From a virus (Duplodnaviria; Caudoviricetes): a DNA stretch of 64,000 bases. Under the pieces are notes generated by a model. It was not told the origin of the DNA. It worked only from the letters and a program-made list of their open reading frames with translations, and searched no databases. Both the position numbers and the translations under genes were made by a program. The stretch is from positions 110,627 through 174,626 of the IMG/VR virus record IMGVR_UViG_3300023048_000001. The stretch is one strand, 5' to 3'. Shown here one piece after another: positions 49,785 through 59,309 of the stretch; the stretch's first letter is position 1, and each line of letters opens with the position of its first letter.

Positions 49785-49836
49785 TGGTGTCCGGCTACAT
49801 TTCTGTATAACGTGGCATTCCGTGCCACTACCAGAC
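49785..49836 (-). ncRNA. 52-nt mini tRNA-like RNA
   Basis: GTCTGGT/GCCGGAC-A-CCA enclosing GTGGCA/TGCCAC and TACA-GAAA-TGTA. Confidence 0.55.
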
Positions 49837-50037
49837 ATAATCAGCCCAAGAGATTCCTTTCAGACATCCTTGGGATGTAAGGGCTACATATACTCCTTAC
49901 AACTGAAACGGATTATGACGTTTCTATTAATTATTTGTCTATCACTTTATGGTCCCCAAAATCCCGCAACTCTAAGGATGCAGCTATCCGGTTTCTCAGT
50001 TTTAGTAATTAATGTTACGTACCGATCATTTCAAAAC

Positions 50038-50131
50038 TGGCGGAAGATTGAGGTCACGCTCCCCAAGCGAGATTTGACCTCGCTCCCATCGATTTCAAGT
50101 CGAGTCCAGCACCTCGGCCGGTTAATCTTCC
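50038..50131 (-). tRNA. tRNA-Ser(TGA), 8/4 acceptor/T architecture
   Basis: GGAAGATT/AATCTTCC-G-CCA, loop CT-TGA-AA, long variable arm, 4-bp T-stem with loop AGCGTGA. Confidence 0.8.
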
Positions 50132-50257
50132 ATTTTGTAGATTTATTTATTGCTGTTGCAATAATTTGTCTACAAATAATAACATATTATTTACGATTGT
50201 CAAGCTCTTTATTCAACATTTTCAAGGTTTAATCAATAAACTTGATATTCCTAGACT

Positions 50258-51325
50258 TCATATCTTCCCAACGATCCCTGTCTGATCAGCTTCACCGATC
50301 CACTCAGCCGTGGTATAAACATCATTATCTTCATCACTACGCGAATAGCATGTAAAGCGGTATTTACCGGGTTTGATTTTTGCAGTTTCAAGCTTCTTTT
50401 CGTAGTAATTTTTGTTTCTTTCAGTACATAGTTTTGAAATCATGATGTCATAATATTTCTTGTCTAGCATGGTTACCCACCAAAGATCAGTGCAGAACCA
50501 ACCAGCTTTTTCAAAGCCTTCTTCAGGCTCTACTTCATTGCCGTCATCATAAATTTCACCAATACGAATCTGTGCAGTTTCTTTATTATAGAACCATGTC
50601 GGAGAGCTATTACCTACGCTCTGGTGGAAGATATGCTGACGTGCAAACACATCTGAACGCTGGCGTTGTCCCTTCAGAAAATTAATGGACTCACCATCAG
50701 CACCATCAAGGATACCAGCACTAGTCAGTTCTGAGAAACGATCTGGCCAATCAGAGAACACGACTTCACCAGTGGGGAAATCTACTTCAAGACTGAACTT
50801 AAGGTTGTTCTCACAAGGTTTAGCACCTATTAGGTGAACTTCATTCCCCTTGAAACGAAAGCCAAGCTTAACCGCGCAATCTTCACACCTCTGCTCGTAG
50901 GTGCCTCCAACTGTGAACCATTCTTCACCAGCCAAGGCCTTAGCGAAAAGCTCATTGTCATTAATGATGAGGAAATCATGGATCATGGTATCTATGCTGT
51001 AAATGAAATCTTTTTCATGAACATCAACGTCCTGAAAATCATACTTGCGTGGCTTATCAATATTAGCAAATTGCTTAAGGATATAAACAATTGATAGATG
51101 ATCAGTATCACCAGTCACAATAATGGAACGATCTTTAATGATAGTTTTAATGTGCGTCTTAAGTAACCTCACACCTTTCATAATTTCTTGATGTGGAGTC
51201 AATTTTTCCTTTATCAACTCAAGAATCTCTTCTTTCTCAGGACTATCCAATTCACTAGCTTTTTCTTTAAGAGTTTCAGTTAGCTTATTGAAAGCCTCTT
51301 CAAGCTGGTTTTTAATATCGGGCAT
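50258..51325 (-). CDS. hypothetical protein
   Basis: 355 aa; CEDC, SVGNSSP, FCTDLWW motifs; RBS and promoter. Confidence 0.8.
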   Translation of the reverse strand: MPDIKNQLEEAFNKLTETLKEKASELDSPEKEEILELIKEKLTPHQEIMKGVRLLKTHIKTIIKDRSIIVTGDTDHLSIVYILKQFANIDKPRKYDFQDVDVHEKDFIYSIDTMIHDFLIINDNELFAKALAGEEWFTVGGTYEQRCEDCAVKLGFRFKGNEVHLIGAKPCENNLKFSLEVDFPTGEVVFSDWPDRFSELTSAGILDGADGESINFLKGQRQRSDVFARQHIFHQSVGNSSPTWFYNKETAQIRIGEIYDDGNEVEPEEGFEKAGWFCTDLWWVTMLDKKYYDIMISKLCTERNKNYYEKKLETAKIKPGKYRFTCYSRSDEDNDVYTTAEWIGEADQTGIVGKI

Positions 51326-51629
51326 GATAATCCTTGCGTTAACGGTATAATGTTGTTAAAAGAACTTCTTTTTGTCAAATCGGGTTTCATGGATCATAAG
51401 AAAAATTGGACCAATAATAGCTACAATTATACTCTGAATCAGAAGTTTCTTTTTGAAGAGTTCTGGTTTAAACAAGTAGAAACTTATTTCTACTAAAGCC
51501 TCTCCTACTCCTATGATAAAGAATAAAAGAGATGGTAGAAAAATGAGTAAGAGTGGATTGGTATGCATATCAATTCTCTATAATGAAGGTTACGATTGTA
51601 CACCTTGGGAATTGATAATTCAATGATGT

Positions 51630-51750
51630 ATGTAATTTGGGATTTGAACCCGATAACTCTATATGGACTTATGTAGCGCCGGTCTTACAACGGAGTCGAA
51701 CCGTCTTCTGCCTCGGTAGAGTAAGCTTACACCACAGCTTTCGATTACAT
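51630..51750 (-). ncRNA. tRNA-like RNA with two T-arms
   Basis: ATGTAAT/ATTACAT, D-arm AAGCT/AGCTT, ACTCTA/TAGAGT enclosing GACGG-TTCGACT-CCGTT, outer GGG-TTCAAAT-CCC. Confidence 0.7.
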
Positions 51751-51768
51751 ATAATATGTTATATTAAT

Positions 51769-51856
51769 TGGAGGAAGGCAACAGATTCGAACTGTAACCC
51801 CTTTCGGGGTCGTACCGCTTTCGAAACGGTCCCAATCCCTGACTGGTTTACCTTCC
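51769..51856 (-). tRNA. tRNA-Ser(CGA), 8/4 architecture
   Basis: GGAAGGTA/TGCCTTCC-T-CCA, loop TT-CGA-AA, variable arm ACCCC-GAAA-GGGGT. Confidence 0.85.
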
Positions 51857-51863
51857 TTAAATA

Positions 51864-51968
51864 TGGTCGGCAGAGTAGGACTTTCACCTACAATTGCTAA
51901 GCGTCAACATGTATTCGACTTAGACACCACATTATTAGTGGCGCGTATGATAATTCCGCCATCTGCCG
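51864..51968 (-). ncRNA. Leu-body tRNA-like RNA with enlarged variable arm
   Basis: CGGCAGA/TCTGCCG-A-CCA; loop TAATAAT; T-loop TGAAAGT; D-loop AT for GG. Confidence 0.7.
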
Positions 51969-51974
51969 TAACTT

Positions 51975-52048
51975 TCAGGATAAAGGGATTCGAACCCTTG
52001 GCCGCTTGCCTCGGATGCAATTACTCTACCAGACTGAGCTATATCCTG
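51975..52048 (-). tRNA. Pro-body tRNA with atypical loop AT-CCG-AG
   Basis: CAGGATA/TATCCTG-A, canonical D and T arms, no encoded CCA. Confidence 0.65.
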
Positions 52049-52054
52049 TAAAAC

Positions 52055-52130
52055 TGGCGCAGGGTGGTGGGAATTCTCCACCGTCTCTCCCCTCGATGGG
52101 AGAGTCCTAGGTATGCTAGACGAACCCTGC
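52055..52130 (-). ncRNA. tRNA-like RNA with non-canonical elbow (Glu-like body)
   Basis: GCAGGGT/ACCCTGC-G-CCA; T-loop AGAATTC; 6-nt anticodon loop. Confidence 0.7.
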
Positions 52131-52240
52131 ATTGAACTTATATTCCTAGCTTTTTAATTGCCGATTACCATAACCTGTGATCAGGAAAGGTAATCTGATA
52201 GTGCTTTATTGATCAATCGAGCTAACCTACCGGAATATTC

Positions 52241-52516
52241 TTAAGACTGTTTAGTTTGTTGATTTTTACCGATGTGGTAACCATCACAAAACATACATTT
52301 GTAATTGCTAAAATAAACTGAGTGTTTCTGAGCCATTTTTACTGCAACACTTGTTGCCGTGGCCTTGGTATTGTACATCACTTTCGCATTTCCACCATCA
52401 CGATAATGGGAGCGTTTGTGAAACACACCAAATATGTTACCATTTCTGAAGTTTTTGAGCATTCTAGACAATGGTAACTGGTCTTTCAATGCTAATAAGA
52501 TATTTCTGATTTTCAT
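52241..52516 (-). CDS. basic Zn-binding hypothetical protein
   Basis: YKCMFCDGYHIG. Confidence 0.7.
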   Translation of the reverse strand: MKIRNILLALKDQLPLSRMLKNFRNGNIFGVFHKRSHYRDGGNAKVMYNTKATATSVAVKMAQKHSVYFSNYKCMFCDGYHIGKNQQTKQS

Positions 52517-52530
52517 TGAAATCCTAAATT

Positions 52531-52604
52531 TGGAGCGGGCTGCGGGAATCGAACCCGCGACTTGAGTTTGGAAAACTCTAATTTTGCCATTAAACTAAGC
52601 CCGC
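52531..52604 (-). tRNA. tRNA-Gly(TCC)
   Basis: GCGGGC acceptor, U73, loop TT-TCC-AA, CCA. Confidence 0.93.
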
Positions 52605-53495
52605 ATATTGAGGATACCGATATTACCTCTAAACATCCTATGGTTGATCGCCAATATACATTGTGCTGGGCCTAGGTTTATAGTTTAGATTCTTGATGCA
52701 CCTTTCAGTAACATCTATCCTCAAATCTATTTATTATTGTATAAGAACTTTTGATTTCGTGGCATTTCGCCAGAACATGTTGAATATTATAGATGTTTAA
52801 TGCAGAATGTCAAGTGTAAAAAAGTCACGGAAAGGAATGATTAGCCAAGATGATATTCCACTTGTAACTCCAAACCAACACACCAGTACGGTGAGAAATG
52901 ATCCACCATCAGAAAACAGTGAGTAAAGACACATAAATGTTATTACAAACATAAATGCACCAAATACAAACAAAAATATATTAAGCCACAGTGTGCGTGT
53001 CATCAGGAATAGTTTCTTCATCGGTAGGCTCAGGGTCTTTCCATGGACCTGCTAAGCCTGACCAATCCTGTACTGTAACCGACGCAAACATAAACCAGTT
53101 GTACACCGGATATGTAATGCTACCAAGCCAGCCATTCGTCACGAGAGTACGACTGATGATGTGGCCGATCCAGAAGAGACCCCAAGCTAGAGGCCATGCA
53201 ATAATTTTCTTAAACATTGTTATCCTATTTATTATTAATTAAAACCAACAGATTAAGCATGTCCATCGCATACTGGTACTTGTCCCTCAAAATATCAAAG
53301 ATGATACCGAGGCTAGGGTACCAAGAGCGACACGAATCAACATAGTCTGCTTCGGCTTGAAACTTGTCTCGCATTGCCAGAATCTTTTGATCTACCTTAT
53401 TAGGTTCACTTGGACCTGCTGCAACCTGTTCGAACAGACCCTTCATTTCCCCGTACAATACTTTTAACGTATCGTGGAGGTCTTTACCGCCACGC

Positions 53496-53843
53496 TCAAG
53501 GGATGGCTTCACCATGACTGTCTCCGGTATGGTTTAAATTGATTGTAGGAGGGGTCTCTACAGGAGGTAATGCTTTAGGATAAATGTTCGACAACAGTAT
53601 GCCATCGATCAATATCTTTGAGAAGAACCTACCATAGGTCATCATTTTAAAGAGGTAACTCTCTAGAGTGATGATTGTCCCGTCCAAACCATGAAAACAC
53701 ATATCAGAACCGAAGTCAAGGCTGGTCTTACTTTTAAAGTTTTTATACTCAGGGTCTAGGTATGTATCTACTTCGACCTTGAAGGTTCGCTTATTTTTAA
53801 GCTGATCCATACAGAACTGTTTAACAAAATCAGGGATTATCAT
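53496..53843 (-). CDS. hypothetical protein
   Basis: 115 aa in operon. Confidence 0.65.
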   Translation of the reverse strand: MIIPDFVKQFCMDQLKNKRTFKVEVDTYLDPEYKNFKSKTSLDFGSDMCFHGLDGTIITLESYLFKMMTYGRFFSKILIDGILLSNIYPKALPPVETPPTINLNHTGDSHGEAIP

Positions 53844-54274
53844 TGCTTGATATTCACGCCAAGTTCTTTAGCCAATGCCTTTAGGCGAGCCATCTTCTTC
53901 TCTGTGGGTGTCAACTTTACATTATTAATCTCAATCTGGTACTGCTTCCATGCATTAAAGATTTTCACCTGCGCTTCCCTCTTACGAAGGTTGAAATCAT
54001 GGGTAGATTCCTCAGTATTCCTAATCAATGAAAGAATAGATTCTGATCGGTATGAGTCATCATCGGTATCAATTTCAAACTGATACACTTCTGGATCATC
54101 CTTATATTCATTAAGGAATTCCAGCAAGTCATCTAGCGATGATCCACCAGAATAAGGAATAGGAGTATGACGATGAATTTTCCTCATCCCTGATACATCA
54201 ATATCCTTAGGCTCAACTGGTTTTATTTTAGCTAGGTTAACTTCAATGCCATCAGCATAATAACGATTACGCAT
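53840..54274 (-). CDS. hypothetical protein
   Basis: 144 aa in operon. Confidence 0.7.
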   Translation of the reverse strand: MRNRYYADGIEVNLAKIKPVEPKDIDVSGMRKIHRHTPIPYSGGSSLDDLLEFLNEYKDDPEVYQFEIDTDDDSYRSESILSLIRNTEESTHDFNLRKREAQVKIFNAWKQYQIEINNVKLTPTEKKMARLKALAKELGVNIKQ

Positions 54275-54283
54275 AATAAATCC

Positions 54284-54754
54284 TTAATGATAGTAAGAGT
54301 AGATTCCATACTTAAGAGTAATGGAATCCTCTCCGTAAATTTTCTTGAACTCAGCCATGAACTTATCAATCTTTACCTTGATATTTTCCAGCATCGGTAG
54401 CTTGTCAAGAGTCTCAATAACCCAAGGGATATCATCAATATCGTCTTTGGATGTAGTGTTAAAGTTGATTTTATGGAATGAGTCACTTGCTCGATATGCT
54501 GGCGTAAAACCATAATCTTCAAATGGTGCAAGGGAAGGATGTCCTTCAATGAATACCTGAAAATGATTGATATCTCTTTTGGCATACTTCTCTACAACCT
54601 CGATCTTACCGCCACATGAGCCACAGTAGCTGTCACTATTGATGTCGTGTGTCTTGTTACATGAAGAACACGCACGACGAGTACTTTTCTTTGTCGAGGT
54701 GATAGGTGGAATATCAAAGTAATATCCCATGGTGATGGTGCGATAGCTTCCCAT
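54284..54754 (-). CDS. Zn-ribbon hypothetical protein
   Basis: CSSC...YCGSCG. Confidence 0.7.
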   Translation of the reverse strand: MGSYRTITMGYYFDIPPITSTKKSTRRACSSCNKTHDINSDSYCGSCGGKIEVVEKYAKRDINHFQVFIEGHPSLAPFEDYGFTPAYRASDSFHKINFNTTSKDDIDDIPWVIETLDKLPMLENIKVKIDKFMAEFKKIYGEDSITLKYGIYSYYH

Positions 54755-54765
54755 TTAAGATAACC

Positions 54766-55428
54766 TTAGTGTAGTGGCGACCAGCCGGGAACGTTCAGAC
54801 GAACGACCGTGCGGAAGCAATCAGTTTTAAGAGGAAGCGACTCATGGAGCATGCCAACGTTTCCGGCGTAGACATGATTAGCCTGCATGTCAATACGATC
54901 AAAATGACCGCTGATGCGAGAGGCTTCACCACCTTCACCTAGCAGACTTTCATCGTAAAGACCATTGTAGGCCGCACAGGCTTGGATATCCGAGGCAAGG
55001 ATGATGCCTTCAGGATAAGAGAAATCAACATCATCCCAACCCTTGCTTTGGTTAAGGCTCCACTTTCTGCTGCGGCTCCACTCACCATCGTCTTTCTCTT
55101 TTACAGGAGAATGCTTGTTGCCACCATGAGCATGGATACGATGTCCACCATGACCATTACCACGATGGGCACTCTCAATCCAATAGCCATCCACATGCTT
55201 ACCGGGACGACGATGGGCATTACCACCGGGAACAAACGCCTGATCAACCATAAGATAAATCGGCTGGTCAGTCTCGATGCCAGCAAGCATGCTACTCACC
55301 GTTGGTTGCCAGCGTTTGAGCGCTTCAGGTAGACCTTCATTCTTAAAGAACTTTTGCATGTAAACACGTTCAGCCATGAATTCCGGAAACTGAACTTGAC
55401 CACGCTTCTGGACGATACTCTGATACAT
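54766..55428 (-). CDS. 2OG-Fe(II) oxygenase-like protein
   Basis: HRRPGKHVDG (HxD), LHES, RTVVRL pattern; His/Gly-rich insert. Confidence 0.55.
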   Translation of the reverse strand: MYQSIVQKRGQVQFPEFMAERVYMQKFFKNEGLPEALKRWQPTVSSMLAGIETDQPIYLMVDQAFVPGGNAHRRPGKHVDGYWIESAHRGNGHGGHRIHAHGGNKHSPVKEKDDGEWSRSRKWSLNQSKGWDDVDFSYPEGIILASDIQACAAYNGLYDESLLGEGGEASRISGHFDRIDMQANHVYAGNVGMLHESLPLKTDCFRTVVRLNVPGWSPLH

Positions 55429-55503
55429 GATGTTTCCTTGTTGGTTGCCGCTGGTTCTTAAGAACCAGCGGCTTCGGTTAGCATTATGACAGTGTTAATG
55501 TGT

Positions 55504-56469
55504 TCAGTCAATCTTGTTACATTCGGTCAACCAGTACTGGCGTGCAGTCTGCATAACCTGACCCTGAACACCTCTCCAATCAAATCCACTAGCTGCGATA
55601 GTCTCAAGTTCTTCCTTAAGAATATCATGGGCAATCCATTTCAAATAATCACCAGTCCCATTTGGTAGGATAGGTGTTTCCTGCTCTTTCATTGCCATAA
55701 CACCCTGTTCAAGACGCCATAGAGGAAGAATTTCTTCAACGAGTTCCTTGATTGATGCAAGCTTCTGATCATCGATCTTGATCTTCTGGCCCTTTGTTTT
55801 ATCATTACCCTTGTGAAGCAAACCCTTTGTCTTAAACCAAAGGTCTGAGATTTCAGGATGCTCAACACATTCCCACACGATCCCCTCACCAACACCTTCA
55901 GGAGCGCCACGGAAAGTCGCCCATGGGCAGTTCTCTTCAACTGCTAGAGTAAGGTTAGAAAGAATCTCTGAGGCTGGCTCAGGCGATAGGAAGTCCACAG
56001 TTACCGTGTAGGTGGGAATCTGGTAAATGTTGAATACCTTGTTCTCGTTATCAAATAGATCACGAGGAAGTGGCTGGTACTCGCCATTAACTTTTACCTT
56101 AAAGAGAACCAAATGCTTGTCAAGGTTGACGAGAGCAACAGACTTCTGGATACCGGAGCCACACCACTCACCGTATAGAGTCACATCAGCATCAGCCGGA
56201 AACCCAGCAAATAGTTTCTCAACAGCTTCCTTATGGCTTTCAACGAAAAATGCAAAGCCATAGTTATCGGATTCAATACTGAGGATACGTTCACGCGACT
56301 GTGCTTGTAGCTTACCCGAGGATGTGCGACGAATGCCTGCATTACTACCATGGAGTTTCACGGTACCTTCAAAGGTAAGTGTTGGGAACGGCTGTCCACG
56401 GTTGTTTGAAAATTTACGAACCTTAGAAACGGTGTGTTTGAAAGATTCAATAGAAGAAAACTTTTCCAT
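55504..56469 (-). CDS. RNA ligase 2 family (Rnl2-like)
   Basis: Motif I VKLHGSN, QSRER, YGEWCG, GEGIVW, FKTK. Confidence 0.85.
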   Translation of the reverse strand: MEKFSSIESFKHTVSKVRKFSNNRGQPFPTLTFEGTVKLHGSNAGIRRTSSGKLQAQSRERILSIESDNYGFAFFVESHKEAVEKLFAGFPADADVTLYGEWCGSGIQKSVALVNLDKHLVLFKVKVNGEYQPLPRDLFDNENKVFNIYQIPTYTVTVDFLSPEPASEILSNLTLAVEENCPWATFRGAPEGVGEGIVWECVEHPEISDLWFKTKGLLHKGNDKTKGQKIKIDDQKLASIKELVEEILPLWRLEQGVMAMKEQETPILPNGTGDYLKWIAHDILKEELETIAASGFDWRGVQGQVMQTARQYWLTECNKID

Positions 56470-57065
56470 ATCTTGTCTCTGTATTTAAGTCAATGTATTA
56501 TAGATTTTCAAAGCCATTAAATCAAGTTATTAAACTGTAATCACAGTTCTGCTTAGTACGGAATATGGGATCAAAATAGTCCCTTTTGTTTGTGTTAATT
56601 TACCAAATTTATCAAACCTCACATAGGTGAACATCAAGTCGCTCTTATTAGTCAAACAGCGCATCACCTGAGTTAGAAGTTCTTGCGAGGTATCAAAACT
56701 CATAATATGATCATGAGTTTTGCCAGTATCAATATATGTAATGTTTACATAAACTTTATTCATAATATTTCTCACATAAAAAAGGGATGATATTGCTATC
56801 ATCCCTTTAAATCAAGCGTTATTGTTATTAACGTTTCATCTTATTGATTTGAAATGTAACACCGTTAGTTTCAAACGGTAATCCACCTAAATTAAGCGTG
56901 AATTGAAGAGAGTTTTCCTTTACTCCGCACTGATTGAGGAAACCCACAAGCTCATCATAATTAACTGCATTAGGACAAACTTCACCATTCATAATAACGT
57001 TATACATTCTACTACCTCTACTCAGTTCATTGTGTAAGAAATTCTATCGGGTTAAATGTTTTATG

Positions 57066-57401
57066 TCAAAGGAGAATTTGGTGCCAAGCCCAACCACCAG
57101 CCCATAGGAAAGTGATCGCTAGCGAAGTAGTAATCATACTAGAAACTACGCTTGCCATGCGGTCAACAAAGTGTTCGCCTGAACTATCCTTGAAATTTTC
57201 CAAGATAATGTAAATCGTTGAAAAGATGTAACCAAGGAAGATATTGATACCGATCATCTGTTGGATGGAGATTGCCACATGAGTGATAGGTTCCATGAAC
57301 CATGTCCACAACATATGGCCGATGTAGCCACTGTAGAGTGCAACTGGAATACTCATGATGAACGCAAAAATCAAACTGATAGCGATAAGAAAGAGTTTCA
57401 T
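57066..57401 (-). CDS. membrane protein
   Basis: Three hydrophobic segments. Confidence 0.65.
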   Translation of the reverse strand: MKLFLIAISLIFAFIMSIPVALYSGYIGHMLWTWFMEPITHVAISIQQMIGINIFLGYIFSTIYIILENFKDSSGEHFVDRMASVVSSMITTSLAITFLWAGGWAWHQILL

Positions 57402-57662
57402 GTTAGTCCTTGAAGTTGAATGAGCCACGATCTTCATTGTGAAGATCATTGTAGGCCGACATCAGGATATTGGTGTGATTGACTGAGGTTTCATCTTCAA
57501 CAAGGACGCCAGTACGAATCTTGAACAGGACTTCCAGTAGAGCATCATCAATGATACTGGCAAGATTGAAATTGATGCCAAGATCATGAGCCTTCTTGAT
57601 TGACGGAAGTGCGAAGCCTACAGCCGACCAAACGTTTTCTTCAGTGTAAGGAATATAGTTAT

Positions 57663-58232
57663 TCATAGAATGTTCCAATTGATTGTAATTATACCGTCAT
57701 CATCATCCACATTGTATCCATTATCTTTTAGCTCTTCAACTATTACTTCGCAAATAGTAGCATCAGAGAGAAGATAGCTAATTTCAAACTTACCATTTAG
57801 GGATGCGTCTTTAATCTGTGAAGCAATTTGGGACTGGTGGCGTTGAAATGATACTTCACGATAACGCTCAGTCTGTTTGCTAGCTTCTTCGGCTGGCATG
57901 AAAGGATTAGTACTGGAACCATTCATAAGTGGTTTGAATTCCTCTAGATACTTGTTCATTTCATATGGAATTGTTTCATCGTGTTGACGTTTAAACACGA
58001 TGATTTTCTTCTCAAAATCACGGATTGTCATCACACGAGATAGGCCTTCAGCCATCTTCTTCAGTGTTGAACTGTTAACACATGAGACAGTATCAAGCCA
58101 CACGGTAATCCTTGAGGGACGATCAAGTAGGCGACTATGGATTGCCGCTACAAACCCTTCGATATGCTCAGGAGTCATAGTCCAAAAAGTTTTAAGATCA
58201 TCACTGATGCTGTATTCGAATTGGTTAGCCAT
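57663..58232 (-). CDS. hypothetical protein
   Basis: 189 aa in operon. Confidence 0.7.
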   Translation of the reverse strand: MANQFEYSISDDLKTFWTMTPEHIEGFVAAIHSRLLDRPSRITVWLDTVSCVNSSTLKKMAEGLSRVMTIRDFEKKIIVFKRQHDETIPYEMNKYLEEFKPLMNGSSTNPFMPAEEASKQTERYREVSFQRHQSQIASQIKDASLNGKFEISYLLSDATICEVIVEELKDNGYNVDDDDGIITINWNIL

Positions 58233-58549
58233 TACTTAGCTGCCTCATAGTGAGCTTCAACGTACTTGCCCTTGATAAGGTGTTCAACTTTATCACAGGG
58301 AACGTTGGTGAAGAGGGTATCCTGATTCATCTGACGATACACGAAGCACAGACCGCTACGCTCATCCTTAATGTAATCAAGCTCAGCAATGTAGCCTGTA
58401 TATGTTTTATGCATAGACCTCTCATGCTCAGCTTCCGATGGACCAACACAAAGGATAATGACAATAGATATGATGAGAAAAGCAATAATTACAGATATGA
58501 ATTTCATTTGAAGTTCCTTGTTAGATAGGATGAAGGAATTATAATGAAT

Positions 58550-59092
58550 TTAATGAGTGTAATCAACTGGGCGGTTGTTATTAACCATCGCAGAAGTATG
58601 CATTTCGTTCATAATCGCGATGAGCTTGCGCTGACGCTCTTCCTCTTCCTTATTTTCAAGAATATCCTGAGCAAGGGTAGGAATACTCCAAGTGAGTTCC
58701 TTAGCCAGAAGATCATTCATCTTAATCTTAAACGTAGCCTTGATCTTACGATAGGTGCGTTCACCAGTCACAAAATCACCTTCCCACAGGATAACTTCGA
58801 CTTGAAACCATGGCTTACCATCATGACGAATGACCTTGATAGCCGTGTCAGAGCAACCTTCATACGTGGAGAATTCAATGGAGTTAACTGGATACTCGAC
58901 CAAATTGCTACCAGTAAAACGCTTGAATTCAAATCCTTTGATCTTGTTGTCAAGGATAGCCAGTCTCACATAATCAACCCACTGGTAATTATTACTATGG
59001 ATGATGTGATTGTGATTATCGCAGATGTCCCACATCAAATCGAAATCGTTGTAGTTGAAAGGAATTTTGGAAGAGTCGATATGCATGGTCAT
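58550..59092 (-). CDS. hypothetical protein
   Basis: 180 aa, own promoter. Confidence 0.7.
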   Translation of the reverse strand: MTMHIDSSKIPFNYNDFDLMWDICDNHNHIIHSNNYQWVDYVRLAILDNKIKGFEFKRFTGSNLVEYPVNSIEFSTYEGCSDTAIKVIRHDGKPWFQVEVILWEGDFVTGERTYRKIKATFKIKMNDLLAKELTWSIPTLAQDILENKEEEERQRKLIAIMNEMHTSAMVNNNRPVDYTH

Positions 59093-59177
59093 TCCATGTG
59101 GTTGATGTGAGAAGTATAATGGAATTAAATATGACAGTCAACAAAAAACCCTGACCATTGCTGATCAGGGTTTGGAT

Positions 59178-59254
59178 TGGTCCGGCTAGCAAGATTCAAA
59201 CTTGCAACATTCGACTTAGAAGGTCGATGCTCTGTTCAGTTGAGCTATAGCCGG
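59178..59254 (-). tRNA. tRNA-Arg(TCT)
   Basis: Loop CT-TCT-AA, CCA; D-loop GA and T-loop TTTGAAT co-vary. Confidence 0.9.
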
Positions 59255-59309
59255 ATGTTATTTGATAGCTTGTTGCGACCCAACAGAACATTTCCCAATA
59301 TTCGATGTT

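Noticed and set aside
50038-50131. Selenocysteine tRNA (selC)
   Set aside because: Anticodon is TGA (Ser), not TCA, and the fold is 8/4 rather than 8/5.
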